Shown here piece after piece: positions 38,270 through 47,867 of a stretch of 64,000 nucleotides of DNA (position 1 is the stretch's first letter; each line of letters opens with the position of its first letter). Below the pieces are notes generated by a model. That model was not told where the DNA came from. It did no database searches and saw only the letters and a list, made by a program, of their open reading frames with translations. The stretch lies in the NCBI GenBank assembly GCA_031270665.1, contig JAISXD010000041.1:211-64210 (forward strand), in the 5' to 3' direction. The stretch comes from Tannerellaceae bacterium (GTDB lineage: Bacteria; Bacteroidota; Bacteroidia; Bacteroidales; Tannerellaceae). The translations under genes were made by a program, and so were the position numbers.

Positions 38270-41200
38270 TTAGAATGTTAGATTTAAACCTACTATATAC
38301 GAACGCGCCGACGGATAAGTGGAAAGAATATTCCTGTAAGTACCATCAATGTCGTTTGAATCAAAATTAAGTGCGTTTTTCAGATTGCTGAACGTGTAGA
38401 GGTTGTTCACACTTACATTGACAGAAAGGCCTGCAATGCCTATCTTGTCGAGCAGATTCTTTTTAAAGTTATATCCTATCGTGATGTTTTTTATCTTTAC
38501 ATAAGTCATCTTCTTGTAGAAAGTATGTTTGTCGTAGGGAATGTAGGCTGGCGAAGTCATCTCGTTAGTCGGATTTTCGGGTGTCCAATAGTTCATACCG
38601 CTCAGGTAGTTATAGCTTGGCATCCAACGGTCGAAATTCTGTTCGTGTAATTCTTTCCATTGTCCGAATACGCCGTTCAACATCAGCGAAGCATAGAAAT
38701 TCTTATAGCTAACCTGATTACCCATAGATAACAGGAAGGACGGAAGCTTGGAACCGATGATTTTCTTATCATCCGCCGTAATCTTTCCGTCGGGCACACC
38801 GTCGGGACCACTGTGATCTTCCAGTTTAGCCGATCCCGGAACAGCACCTGGCTGTTGAGCCTTGGCAGTTTCGGCTTCATTTTCCTGCCAAGTACCTATT
38901 ATGTTGTAATCGTAAAATACGCGCAACGGTTTTCCGATAAACCATTTATTGGTAACGTCGTCTTTGCCGTCGCCACGCAATTCCAGTATTTTATCGCGGT
39001 TCAACGAGAAGTTTACATTGGTTGTCCAATTGAAGTCTTTACTACTGATATTTATCGTATTAACAGCAATTTCAACACCTTTGTTAAGCGTTTCGCCTAC
39101 GTTGTCCATAATAGTGCGATAACCATTCATTATCGGTACGGTACGACTCATTAGCAAATCCACCGTATGCGTCCGATATAAGTCTATATTACCGGAGAGG
39201 CGCCCATTCCAAAAGCTGAAATCAACCCCCCAATTAAAGGTGCGGGTAGTTTCCCATTTCAGGTGTGGATTTCCCACGCCGTTGGAAGGGATAAAAGTAC
39301 CGTTCACAATCGTGCCGTCACCCCATATATATTTCGCCAAGCTCAGACGGTTCATCGTCTGATAGGCTTTGATAGCCTGGTTTCCATTTGAACCAAAAGA
39401 AGCGCGTATTTTTAACATGTCAATACTTTCTGCTTCAAAAAAGTCTTCGGAAGAAAGATTCCATGCTGCGGCTACCGATGGGAAGAAGGCGTATTTGTTA
39501 TTGACTCCAAACGCTGAATAACCATCAGAACGGGCTGTCAACGTCAGCATGTATTTTGAAGCAAACGCATAGTTGATACGTCCCATATACGAAAGCAGGG
39601 CTGTTTCGGTGAGCTTAGACGTCACCGTTTGATTTTTTTCAGCTCCGCCCATATTGTGATAATCCGAGTCGTCGTTTACAAAGCTCTGTCCGGTTTGTTT
39701 GGATTCCTGGTGATTTGTTTGCTGTATGCTGAACAAGAGAGTAGCATCAATTTTATGTTTGCCAAAAGTATTGTTGTATTTCAACAGGTTTTCCCATGTA
39801 TAATCGTAGTAGTGGATATTTTCGATGCTGGCATCTCCGCTGACCTTTTTCCCTGTCAACGTGTTGCGTCCATAATATGCCCCGGTAAATGTATTGCGAT
39901 AGTTATATCCGAAATTACTGCGGAAAGAAAATCCTTTGACCGGCAGAATGAGGTCGGCAAATGTGGATATGAATATGTTCCGGCTTGTTTTATCCTGTAT
40001 GGCGTCTGTATCGGCCATAGGGTTGTAAAACAATGTTTGATCCATCGGATAATCCACGTAGTTTCCATCTGCATTTTTATAGATTCCGTAAGGGCTCATT
40101 TTCAATCCGGCTTCGATGTAGGGCTGTATACCTCCTGTTTCTCTTTGTGTGGCTTGCGTACCCATTCCGATGGTTAGCCAGGAGTTGAGTTCCTGAGTAA
40201 GATTCAGCGTAAGGTTGGTGCGTTTCAATCCGGTGTTTGTTACTACCCCATCTTCTCCGAGAAAAGAAAGCGACGCCAAATAAGCGGTTCGGTCAGTACC
40301 TCCTGAGATGCTGATTTGATGGCTGTGCGTGAGTGCTTTCCTGAATATAATGTCTTGCCAGTCTGTTTCCGTTCCGGCCTGATAGTTGGCACGTTCACTG
40401 GGATTCAGAATAATATTGGGATCTAAACTGCTACCGGTATAACCGGGTTTCAGGCGGGTATAATCCTGGATGTATTTCACGTACTCTTCCCCTTTCATCA
40501 CGTTCAAGCGCCGTTCAGGTTCTTGCATACCGATTTGCCCCTTATAAGAGACGGTTGCTGTTCCTTTCTTCCCTTTCTTCGTTTGAATCAGGATGACCCC
40601 GTTTGACCCGCGCGAACCGTAGATGGCAGCCGAGGAAGCGTCTTTCAATACGCTAAGGCTTTCAATGACGTCGGGGTCGATATCGCCAATCGAGCCATTG
40701 TAAGGAATCCCATCCAATACAACCAACGGCGCATTATCGGCTGATAAAGAATTTTCACCCCGGATAAGGAATGTCTGGTCTTCTCCAGGGCGGGCTTTGG
40801 TATTGGTTATGTTCAATCCGGGAACTTGTCCGGTCAGCTTATCCATCAAATTGTTTGTGGATACCATTTGCAGTTTTTCCGAACCAACGGCCGTGATACC
40901 GCCCGTAAGGTCGGATTTGCGTTGCGAGCCGTAACCAATGATCACAACGTCGTCAAGTCCAATGGCATCGTCTTCAAGTTCGATGCGCAGCGAATGGCTG
41001 TCTGTTACTTTGATTTGCTTACTCTTATAACTAATGTACGAGATTGTAAGCATCGCATTTTGTGGAACGCTTAATGAAAAGTTGCCGTCTATATCGGTAA
41101 TTGTTCCATTCCCGCTACTATTCTCAATGAAAACATTGGCTCCAATAATAGCCTCTTTGTCTTTAGCCGAGACTACACGACCTGTAATTTGCAGTTGTTG

Positions 41201-41275
41201 TGCAAAACTATTTGCAGCCACAAATGCAAAGAAAAAAACAGTACTAAAAATTTGCTTTAATAATTTTTTATTCAT
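38270..41275 (-). CDS. SusC TonB-dependent transporter
   Basis: VLKDASSAAIYGSRGSNGVILIQTKKG, GNPHLKWETT, terminal LNLTF; ATG at 41275 chosen. Confidence 0.96.
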   Translation of the reverse strand: MNKKLLKQIFSTVFFFAFVAANSFAQQLQITGRVVSAKDKEAIIGANVFIENSSGNGTITDIDGNFSLSVPQNAMLTISYISYKSKQIKVTDSHSLRIELEDDAIGLDDVVIIGYGSQRKSDLTGGITAVGSEKLQMVSTNNLMDKLTGQVPGLNITNTKARPGEDQTFLIRGENSLSADNAPLVVLDGIPYNGSIGDIDPDVIESLSVLKDASSAAIYGSRGSNGVILIQTKKGKKGTATVSYKGQIGMQEPERRLNVMKGEEYVKYIQDYTRLKPGYTGSSLDPNIILNPSERANYQAGTETDWQDIIFRKALTHSHQISISGGTDRTAYLASLSFLGEDGVVTNTGLKRTNLTLNLTQELNSWLTIGMGTQATQRETGGIQPYIEAGLKMSPYGIYKNADGNYVDYPMDQTLFYNPMADTDAIQDKTSRNIFISTFADLILPVKGFSFRSNFGYNYRNTFTGAYYGRNTLTGKKVSGDASIENIHYYDYTWENLLKYNNTFGKHKIDATLLFSIQQTNHQESKQTGQSFVNDDSDYHNMGGAEKNQTVTSKLTETALLSYMGRINYAFASKYMLTLTARSDGYSAFGVNNKYAFFPSVAAAWNLSSEDFFEAESIDMLKIRASFGSNGNQAIKAYQTMNRLSLAKYIWGDGTIVNGTFIPSNGVGNPHLKWETTRTFNWGVDFSFWNGRLSGNIDLYRTHTVDLLMSRTVPIMNGYRTIMDNVGETLNKGVEIAVNTINISSKDFNWTTNVNFSLNRDKILELRGDGKDDVTNKWFIGKPLRVFYDYNIIGTWQENEAETAKAQQPGAVPGSAKLEDHSGPDGVPDGKITADDKKIIGSKLPSFLLSMGNQVSYKNFYASLMLNGVFGQWKELHEQNFDRWMPSYNYLSGMNYWTPENPTNEMTSPAYIPYDKHTFYKKMTYVKIKNITIGYNFKKNLLDKIGIAGLSVNVSVNNLYTFSNLKNALNFDSNDIDGTYRNILSTYPSARSYIVGLNLTF

Positions 41276-41315
41276 GCTCCTTGTGTTTTTACGGAAGTTT
41301 AACAATATAATTCAA

Positions 41316-41380
41316 CAAAAGAATGAAAACTAAGAAGCTATAAGTTGTAATTTAATCTCAAATATGGAGAGAATCGTCTC
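41316..41380 (-). promoter_or_regulatory. Putative HTCS operator and -7-like box for susC
   Basis: Minus strand GAGAC-N16-GAGAT-N31-TTCTTTTG. Confidence 0.65.
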
Positions 41381-41422
41381 ACCGCCCTCTTTTGGAATGA
41401 TTATTTTGAAAGTAAGAATAAT

Positions 41423-44400
41423 CTACCGGGATTGGCGGAAGGCATTTTGATATTCGGTAGGCGACATGCCATATACCTCTTTGAAATTGCGGGTGAAGTA
41501 AGAACTACTGCCAAATCCTATGTGATTGGCTATTTCTGATACATTCATACAGGATTCCTTCAGTAGTTTAGTTCCTGCTTCAAGACGTATATGGCGAATG
41601 AGATCAATAGGGGAAAGGCCTGTACGTGCCTTGACCTTCCTGTAAAAATTAGCCCGGCTCATCCCCATGGAGTTGTAAATATCCGCGATGTTAAAGTCTT
41701 GGTTGGATATATTACTTTTTATTATTTCGATGTATTGCGCCAGGAAGTCGTTTTCCCCGGTGGGTTCTTTTATACCGAAATTTTTCAAGGTAGATGTTTC
41801 GCTATAAACGTCTTTTATCTTTTCTCTGAGCGTAAGCAGGTTGTGAATACGTATTTTCAGTAAAGCAACGTCGAAAGGCTTGATAATGTAGTCGTCGGCT
41901 CCGGCCTCCAATCCGTTTTTTACCTGTTCGTCTTGCGAATTGCCTGTAATGAGGATGAATGGGATATGGCATAAACGTTTATCGGCCTTTATCTGGCGGC
42001 ACAATTCGACGCCGCTCATTTTTGGCATGACCACATCGCTTACGATGAGGTGAGGAGGTTTTTTTCTCACATATTCAAACGCTTCCGCTCCATTGACGGC
42101 TTGCCGGACGACGTATGAAGATTCGAATTGCCGCTCCATGTATTGCAGAATATCCTCATTGTCATCCACAAGTAGCAATATAGGTTTGTCTTTTGTCTCC
42201 ACTTCTTCTAATAGAAGACTTGTTTTCTTGTTCAGACTATGCCAAGCTTCCGGTAACGTTACGCCTTGACAGCCTTCCTGCTGTTCCATATCGGGAAGCA
42301 GGAGCATAAAATTGGCTCCGGCCCGGGGCAAGCTTTCCGCCCATACGTAGCCTTTATGCTGAAGTATGATAGAGCGTGCAAGGCTCAGGCCAATGCCTGT
42401 TCCCGAAACCTGTTGATGGACGTCCGGTTCGGATATATAGAATGGCTCGAATATCTTTTGGGCTTCCGCAGGGTCGAATCCTTTTCCCGTATCGCTTATT
42501 TGAATGTAAAGATATCCGGCGGCCTCCAAAGGATTTCCCTGCCTGGCTGCAGGAAGTTCTTCACACTTTTTCCGTGTCAGACGCGAGATATGAAGGGATA
42601 CCATTCCATGCGGCGGGGTAAACTTGAATGCATTTGATAGTAAATTGAAAAACACCTTTTCCATCTCTTGTTCGTCATAATATACAGCATATTTTTCGGG
42701 TAATTCGCTGTGGAGACAAAAGGTTATTTTCCGGTTTTTCGCCACACTTTCAAAAGAACGGCAAATTTCGCTGATAAATGCAGGGAGGTCGAAAACACTT
42801 TTCTGTAAGACCGTTTTTCCCGCTTCATATTTTTGTATATCCATCAGGTCGTTCACCAAAAAGCGCATCCGTTCGGCATTCTTTTTCATCAGTTGTAACA
42901 ATTGCTTCACTTCGATAGAGAAAGACATCCGTTGCAGCAGTTCATTCAATGGATTCAGCAGCAAGGTAAGCTGGGTCCGCAGTTCATGGGAGAAGTTGGT
43001 AAACATACGCATGCGTTCTTCCTGTATCTCATTCAACCGTTTTTGCTCCATTCTCCGGTATTGTCGTTTGAAAACCCACAGGATGATGAGCGTCAGCATC
43101 GTTACATACAACAAGTAAGCCTGCCATGTCTGGTAAAACGGCGGACTGATAAAGAAATGTAACGCAGTTTCGCGTGGATTTACTACTCCATCGTTATTTA
43201 CGGCCTTGATCCGAAACGTATATTTGCCCACCGGCAGATTATTGTAGCGTACCTCCCGTTGGTTGGTTGTATGCCAAACATCCTCATCCCCCTCAAGTTG
43301 GTAAATGTATTGATTTTCTTCCGGGTGGATATAGTTGATAGCGGTATATGCGAAGCTTATGTTGTTCTGGCTTGCGCTAATCCGGATAGGCTTCGCCTGC
43401 GATTCGTCTGTCCGAACCGTATGCGTAGTTCCTTTTTTATTGTGAATCGCAAATGAGGTGATATAGAGAGGCGGGACATTGGGATTATTTCTTTTGTTCA
43501 GCGGATTGAACGACAGGATACCTTTGTTGCCGGGGAAATATAGCGTCCCGTCCGACGCCCGGGTCTCCGCATACATACTATATTCCTGTCTGGGTATATC
43601 AATAGAGTGTAAGGGGTGGAAAGTGTCTTTCTCCCGATTGAGTTTGCATATCTCCCGCTGTGTCACCACCCATAAATCTTGATTGCCATCCATTGTAACA
43701 GAGCTAATATGGTTGTCGGTTAAGCCGTCTTCCTTGCCATAGCGCTTCACAGGACGTAATTGTTCGTCTAAGCGGAAAAGGCCGCACCGGGTAGTTGAAA
43801 CCCATATACACGAATCATCCGGCGTGATGGAAGATATGCTACCCAGTCTGGCCCCGTTGTTAACAGCATAGAAAGCAGAGGTTATATTTTTAGTCGCGCC
43901 CGAAGTATCATCGTATAAGTAAATAGAGTCTTGCCGGCTGCCAAGCATGAAAAGTCCGGGTTTCAATTCCTTTACAACCGTTATTCTCCGGAAAGGTTTT
44001 TCCTCTCCGTTGATACGAAATGTTGTCTGGATTTTCCCTTTTTCATATCTCACCAAGTGATTGGTTGTGTAGGTTGGAATCCATAAGCGCTGCCAGCTGT
44101 CAAGACAGAGCGAATTAATGTCATTCTGCTTGCAATCAATGAGCTTCACATATTGTTTCGTTGGAATCAGGAATAGGTAAACCGATCCGAAATGTGTGGA
44201 GCAATAGATCGTATCGCCTTGTATCAGGATATATTTCAGGATATTTTTTTCGTAGTTCCCCGTTTGAAGAGGCATAAGGGGGTATAATTTCTTATCTGCG
44301 GTCTGCGGGTTGTAATACAGCAATCCGCTTCCTTCTGTGGCAAACCACATATTCCCGTTTTTATCCTCCTGCCCTTTACCGATAACGCCGGTAATCTCGT

Positions 44401-45445
44401 TTGTTGTAATAAACGAGATTGGGGTATAATAAGGGCTGTAATAGTTGACGCCTTCCGAGTAAGTGCCTATCCATACCGTGTGGTCTTTGTCGATCAGGAG
44501 GCTATGGATAGAGTAGTGGCTAAGTTTTCCGTGTCCTTTGACTTTCATCTTTTGCGGACGAATACTCATATCCCGCTTATTCATGATATTCAATCCTCCG
44601 AAAGTGCCTATCAAAAGGGAGTCGTTCGTTTGAAAAGCCAGCGCCCGTATGGTGTTATTGCTCAATCCGCTATTAGATACGTCCCAATGCCTGAAGGTTC
44701 GTCTCTGCCCGTCATAAGCGAACAGGCCATTCTCTTCCGTACCTATCCAGGCTTCGCCGTCTTTGTCGATGGCTATACTTGTTATCTGAGGGACAGGGCT
44801 TCCCTTTTTTACGTTGGGCATTATGTTGTAGCGAAGCCGCCAGTCAGCCGAATAAACAAACAGTCCTTTGCTTGCCGTACCTACGTATATATCCCCGTTT
44901 GCATGTTGCGTAATGGTTTGAATATCGGTTGATGTTATTTCCAGTAAAAAAGATAGCGATTCGGCTGTCTTATCCGGACGACACAGAAATACACCTTTGT
45001 CGCCAATAGCATAGAGGTTACCGTCGGTATGCCTGAGAAAACGGTAAATAGCGTTTTGCTGATGTGAGGGGTCAAGTAAGGAAGGATAGAAGCGGCTCAC
45101 GGTCTCATCCCCGGAGTCGATGCAGTTAAAACCATCGGCGGTGCCTATCCAGATGTTCTTCTCACTGTCCTCGGCAATGGTGTGGATATAGTTGTCGCTT
45201 AATGATACGCTGTCGTTTATTTCGCAATGGAAAACCTTGAACTCATATCCGTCATACCTGTTCAACCCATTCCGCGTACCGAACCAAAGGAAGCCTTTGG
45301 AGTCTTGAAAGATGCTAATGACGGACGCTTGCGAAAGCCCGTTTTCCACACTTAAATGGCAAAAAAAGAAATTATCTTTTCCCTCGACGGAAGGCGATAG
45401 CAGGAAAAAGACAACTATAACTTGCATAAAGTGCAAATATTTCAT
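41423..45445 (-). CDS. Hybrid two-component system (propeller sensor, HK, REC, AraC)
   Basis: Reg_prop repeats, Y_Y_Y domain, TM, SHELRT, NLLSNAFKFT, SDVVMP, AraC HTH. Confidence 0.96.
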   Translation of the reverse strand: MKYLHFMQVIVVFFLLSPSVEGKDNFFFCHLSVENGLSQASVISIFQDSKGFLWFGTRNGLNRYDGYEFKVFHCEINDSVSLSDNYIHTIAEDSEKNIWIGTADGFNCIDSGDETVSRFYPSLLDPSHQQNAIYRFLRHTDGNLYAIGDKGVFLCRPDKTAESLSFLLEITSTDIQTITQHANGDIYVGTASKGLFVYSADWRLRYNIMPNVKKGSPVPQITSIAIDKDGEAWIGTEENGLFAYDGQRRTFRHWDVSNSGLSNNTIRALAFQTNDSLLIGTFGGLNIMNKRDMSIRPQKMKVKGHGKLSHYSIHSLLIDKDHTVWIGTYSEGVNYYSPYYTPISFITTNEITGVIGKGQEDKNGNMWFATEGSGLLYYNPQTADKKLYPLMPLQTGNYEKNILKYILIQGDTIYCSTHFGSVYLFLIPTKQYVKLIDCKQNDINSLCLDSWQRLWIPTYTTNHLVRYEKGKIQTTFRINGEEKPFRRITVVKELKPGLFMLGSRQDSIYLYDDTSGATKNITSAFYAVNNGARLGSISSITPDDSCIWVSTTRCGLFRLDEQLRPVKRYGKEDGLTDNHISSVTMDGNQDLWVVTQREICKLNREKDTFHPLHSIDIPRQEYSMYAETRASDGTLYFPGNKGILSFNPLNKRNNPNVPPLYITSFAIHNKKGTTHTVRTDESQAKPIRISASQNNISFAYTAINYIHPEENQYIYQLEGDEDVWHTTNQREVRYNNLPVGKYTFRIKAVNNDGVVNPRETALHFFISPPFYQTWQAYLLYVTMLTLIILWVFKRQYRRMEQKRLNEIQEERMRMFTNFSHELRTQLTLLLNPLNELLQRMSFSIEVKQLLQLMKKNAERMRFLVNDLMDIQKYEAGKTVLQKSVFDLPAFISEICRSFESVAKNRKITFCLHSELPEKYAVYYDEQEMEKVFFNLLSNAFKFTPPHGMVSLHISRLTRKKCEELPAARQGNPLEAAGYLYIQISDTGKGFDPAEAQKIFEPFYISEPDVHQQVSGTGIGLSLARSIILQHKGYVWAESLPRAGANFMLLLPDMEQQEGCQGVTLPEAWHSLNKKTSLLLEEVETKDKPILLLVDDNEDILQYMERQFESSYVVRQAVNGAEAFEYVRKKPPHLIVSDVVMPKMSGVELCRQIKADKRLCHIPFILITGNSQDEQVKNGLEAGADDYIIKPFDVALLKIRIHNLLTLREKIKDVYSETSTLKNFGIKEPTGENDFLAQYIEIIKSNISNQDFNIADIYNSMGMSRANFYRKVKARTGLSPIDLIRHIRLEAGTKLLKESCMNVSEIANHIGFGSSSYFTRNFKEVYGMSPTEYQNAFRQSR

Positions 45446-45544
45446 TTGGCATTATATTATTTATCTATAATACGCAAACATAAACAAAAATCATGAAATC
45501 CTCAAGCGCCGGAGATGAAAATCAAAGCTCCGGAAGCGACTTGA

Positions 45545-45609
45545 GAGACAAAAATGAATATTAACGAGATAATATTAGCTTTCCGGAGAGGAAACAAGAC
45601 GTACCTTAG
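45545..45609 (+). promoter_or_regulatory. Putative HTCS operator and -7-like box for GH2
   Basis: GAGAC-N16-GAGAT-N31-TACCTTAG. Confidence 0.65.
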
Positions 45610-45632
45610 CATCGTATCAAGTCAAATAAAAT

Positions 45633-47753
45633 ATGAACGATATGAGACAAATGTTGATCCTGCTTACCATATGGATAAGCAGTAACGTTTTTGCAACGGC
45701 AGAAAACCGGGTGACAGAATCTTTCAACGATGGATGGTCATTCAAGAAAGCCCCATCGGGTAACGAACTTGCCATAAACGCTCCCGAATGGGAAAACGGT
45801 TGGCAAACGGTAGAAATCCCCCATACATGGAATGACAGGGATATGCAGCTTTACGCAAATAATTTTTACGAGGGGGTTGCTTATTACCGTAAAATGTACT
45901 ATTTTCCTGAAGAAATGGAAGACAGGCGAATCTACCTCCGCTTCGAAGGCGTTGGCGCTTGCGCCGAAGTGTTTGTAAACAGGCAATTGGTCACTACTCA
46001 CCATGGAGGCTATTCAGCCTTTGCCTGTGAAATAGGATGCTTACTGAAGCCCGGAACTGAGAATGAAATCATCGTAAAAGCCGATAATCGCTCACGTCCC
46101 TGCGTTATACCCATCAATCATAACCTGTTTGGAGTGTACGGCGGAATCTACCGTCCGGTATGGCTGATAACAACCGGGCCGTATGCTATCTGCGTAACCG
46201 ACTACGCTTCTCCCGGCGTATATATCACACAGGAAAATGTGTCTGAGAAAAGCGCCAACGTCCGGGTGCGGGTGAAGGTTGGCAATGGGACGCGACAACC
46301 CGCCTCCCTCAATATCCAAAATACCCTGTACGACCAATCGGGGAAAATACTGAAGACCGATACACGGCCTCTTAACCTTTCCGCCCAGGGCCTACAAACT
46401 TTTGAAACGTCTTTCCTCGTCAAAAATCCCATATTGTGGAATGGACGCAAGAATCCATACCTGTACAAAATAGTTACCCGCTTATTGCATGGTGAAGATG
46501 TGATAGACGAAGTGTCGCAATGCCTCGGTCTTCGTAACATCCGGATTGTTGCAGGAGAAGGATTGTATCTCAATGGAGAGAAATACCCCATGTATGGAGT
46601 CTGCAGGCATCAGGATTGGTGGGGACTTGGCAGCGCCCTAAAGAACGAGCATCACGACGCCGACCTCGATATGATTATGGATATAGGGGCCACCACGGTG
46701 CGTTTCGCCCATTATCAGCAGTCGGATTACCTATATTCACGCTGCGACAGCCTGGGACTTATCATCTGGGCAGAGATTCCTTTCGTTAACCGGGTAAGCG
46801 GACTGGAGGCTGAGAATGCACGCAATCAGTTACGCGAACTAATCCGGCAAAACTTTAACCATCCTTCTATCTATGTATGGGGATTGCATAACGAAGTATA
46901 CCAGCCGCACGAATATACCCGCGAACTAACCCAGTCGCTGCACGACCTGGCAAAAACAGAAGACCCCGGCCGTTATACAGTTTCGGTTAACGGATATGGG
47001 CACGTAGAGCATCCTGTCAATTTATCGGCCGATATTCAAGGCATGAATCGTTATTTCGGCTGGTATGAAAAGAATATCAAAGACATACAACCCTGGGTGG
47101 AAAAAATGGAAAAAGAATATCCGTATCAAAAGCTGATGCTAACGGAATATGGCGCCGATGCCAATATCTACCACCAAACGGAATATCTTGGCGAAGCATT
47201 GAATTGGACCAGGGAATTTTATCCTGAAACATTCCAGACAAAGACACATGAATACCAATGGAGTATAATCAGTAAACATCCTTACATCCTCGCTTCTTAC
47301 CTGTGGAATATGTTTGATTTCTGCGCTCCTCTCTGGACGCGGGGAAGCGTACCGGCCCGCAACATGAAAGGATTGGTTACTTTCGACCGGAAAATAAAGA
47401 AAGACGCCTATTTCTGGTATAAGGCCAACTGGAGTAAGGACCCCGTGGTCTATCTCACACAACGAAGGAATACAGATCGTGAAAAACAGACAACTTCCGT
47501 TACGATATATTCAAATACAGGTATCCCGGCCGTTTACCTGAACGGTAAATCACTGCCCAATATCCGCGAAGGATACACCTCCGTTCATTATATCATCGAC
47601 AGCGTCACTCTCGCTAAGGGAAGTAATACGCTAAAGGCCGTCACCGTTCATAACGGTAAAACGTATGAAGACAGTATTGAATGGATATATGCCGGCGAAA
47701 AAAAACGGGAAGCCGACACCTACACAAACAAGGAAGAACATGCCGGCTTTTAG
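45633..47753 (+). CDS. GH2 glycoside hydrolase (beta-galactosidase-like)
   Basis: YGGIYR, GVCRHQD, RFAHY, NHPSIYVWGLHNE acid/base, TEYGA nucleophile. Confidence 0.92.
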   Translation: MNDMRQMLILLTIWISSNVFATAENRVTESFNDGWSFKKAPSGNELAINAPEWENGWQTVEIPHTWNDRDMQLYANNFYEGVAYYRKMYYFPEEMEDRRIYLRFEGVGACAEVFVNRQLVTTHHGGYSAFACEIGCLLKPGTENEIIVKADNRSRPCVIPINHNLFGVYGGIYRPVWLITTGPYAICVTDYASPGVYITQENVSEKSANVRVRVKVGNGTRQPASLNIQNTLYDQSGKILKTDTRPLNLSAQGLQTFETSFLVKNPILWNGRKNPYLYKIVTRLLHGEDVIDEVSQCLGLRNIRIVAGEGLYLNGEKYPMYGVCRHQDWWGLGSALKNEHHDADLDMIMDIGATTVRFAHYQQSDYLYSRCDSLGLIIWAEIPFVNRVSGLEAENARNQLRELIRQNFNHPSIYVWGLHNEVYQPHEYTRELTQSLHDLAKTEDPGRYTVSVNGYGHVEHPVNLSADIQGMNRYFGWYEKNIKDIQPWVEKMEKEYPYQKLMLTEYGADANIYHQTEYLGEALNWTREFYPETFQTKTHEYQWSIISKHPYILASYLWNMFDFCAPLWTRGSVPARNMKGLVTFDRKIKKDAYFWYKANWSKDPVVYLTQRRNTDREKQTTSVTIYSNTGIPAVYLNGKSLPNIREGYTSVHYIIDSVTLAKGSNTLKAVTVHNGKTYEDSIEWIYAGEKKREADTYTNKEEHAGF

Positions 47754-47821
47754 CGCCCCCAGGTTACAAACTGTGTCAACTGTTCACGGCGAAGGCGCTC
47801 CCCCGGATGCCACCGGGAGGC

Positions 47822-47855
47822 AAAAAAACGCCCGGCAACGTAAACTGCCGGGCGT
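47822..47855 (-). terminator. Intrinsic terminator of the beta-mannosidase operon
   Basis: ACGCCCGGCA-N8-TGCCGGGCGT followed by a T-run on the minus strand. Confidence 0.85.
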
Positions 47856-47867
47856 CCATTCACCTCT

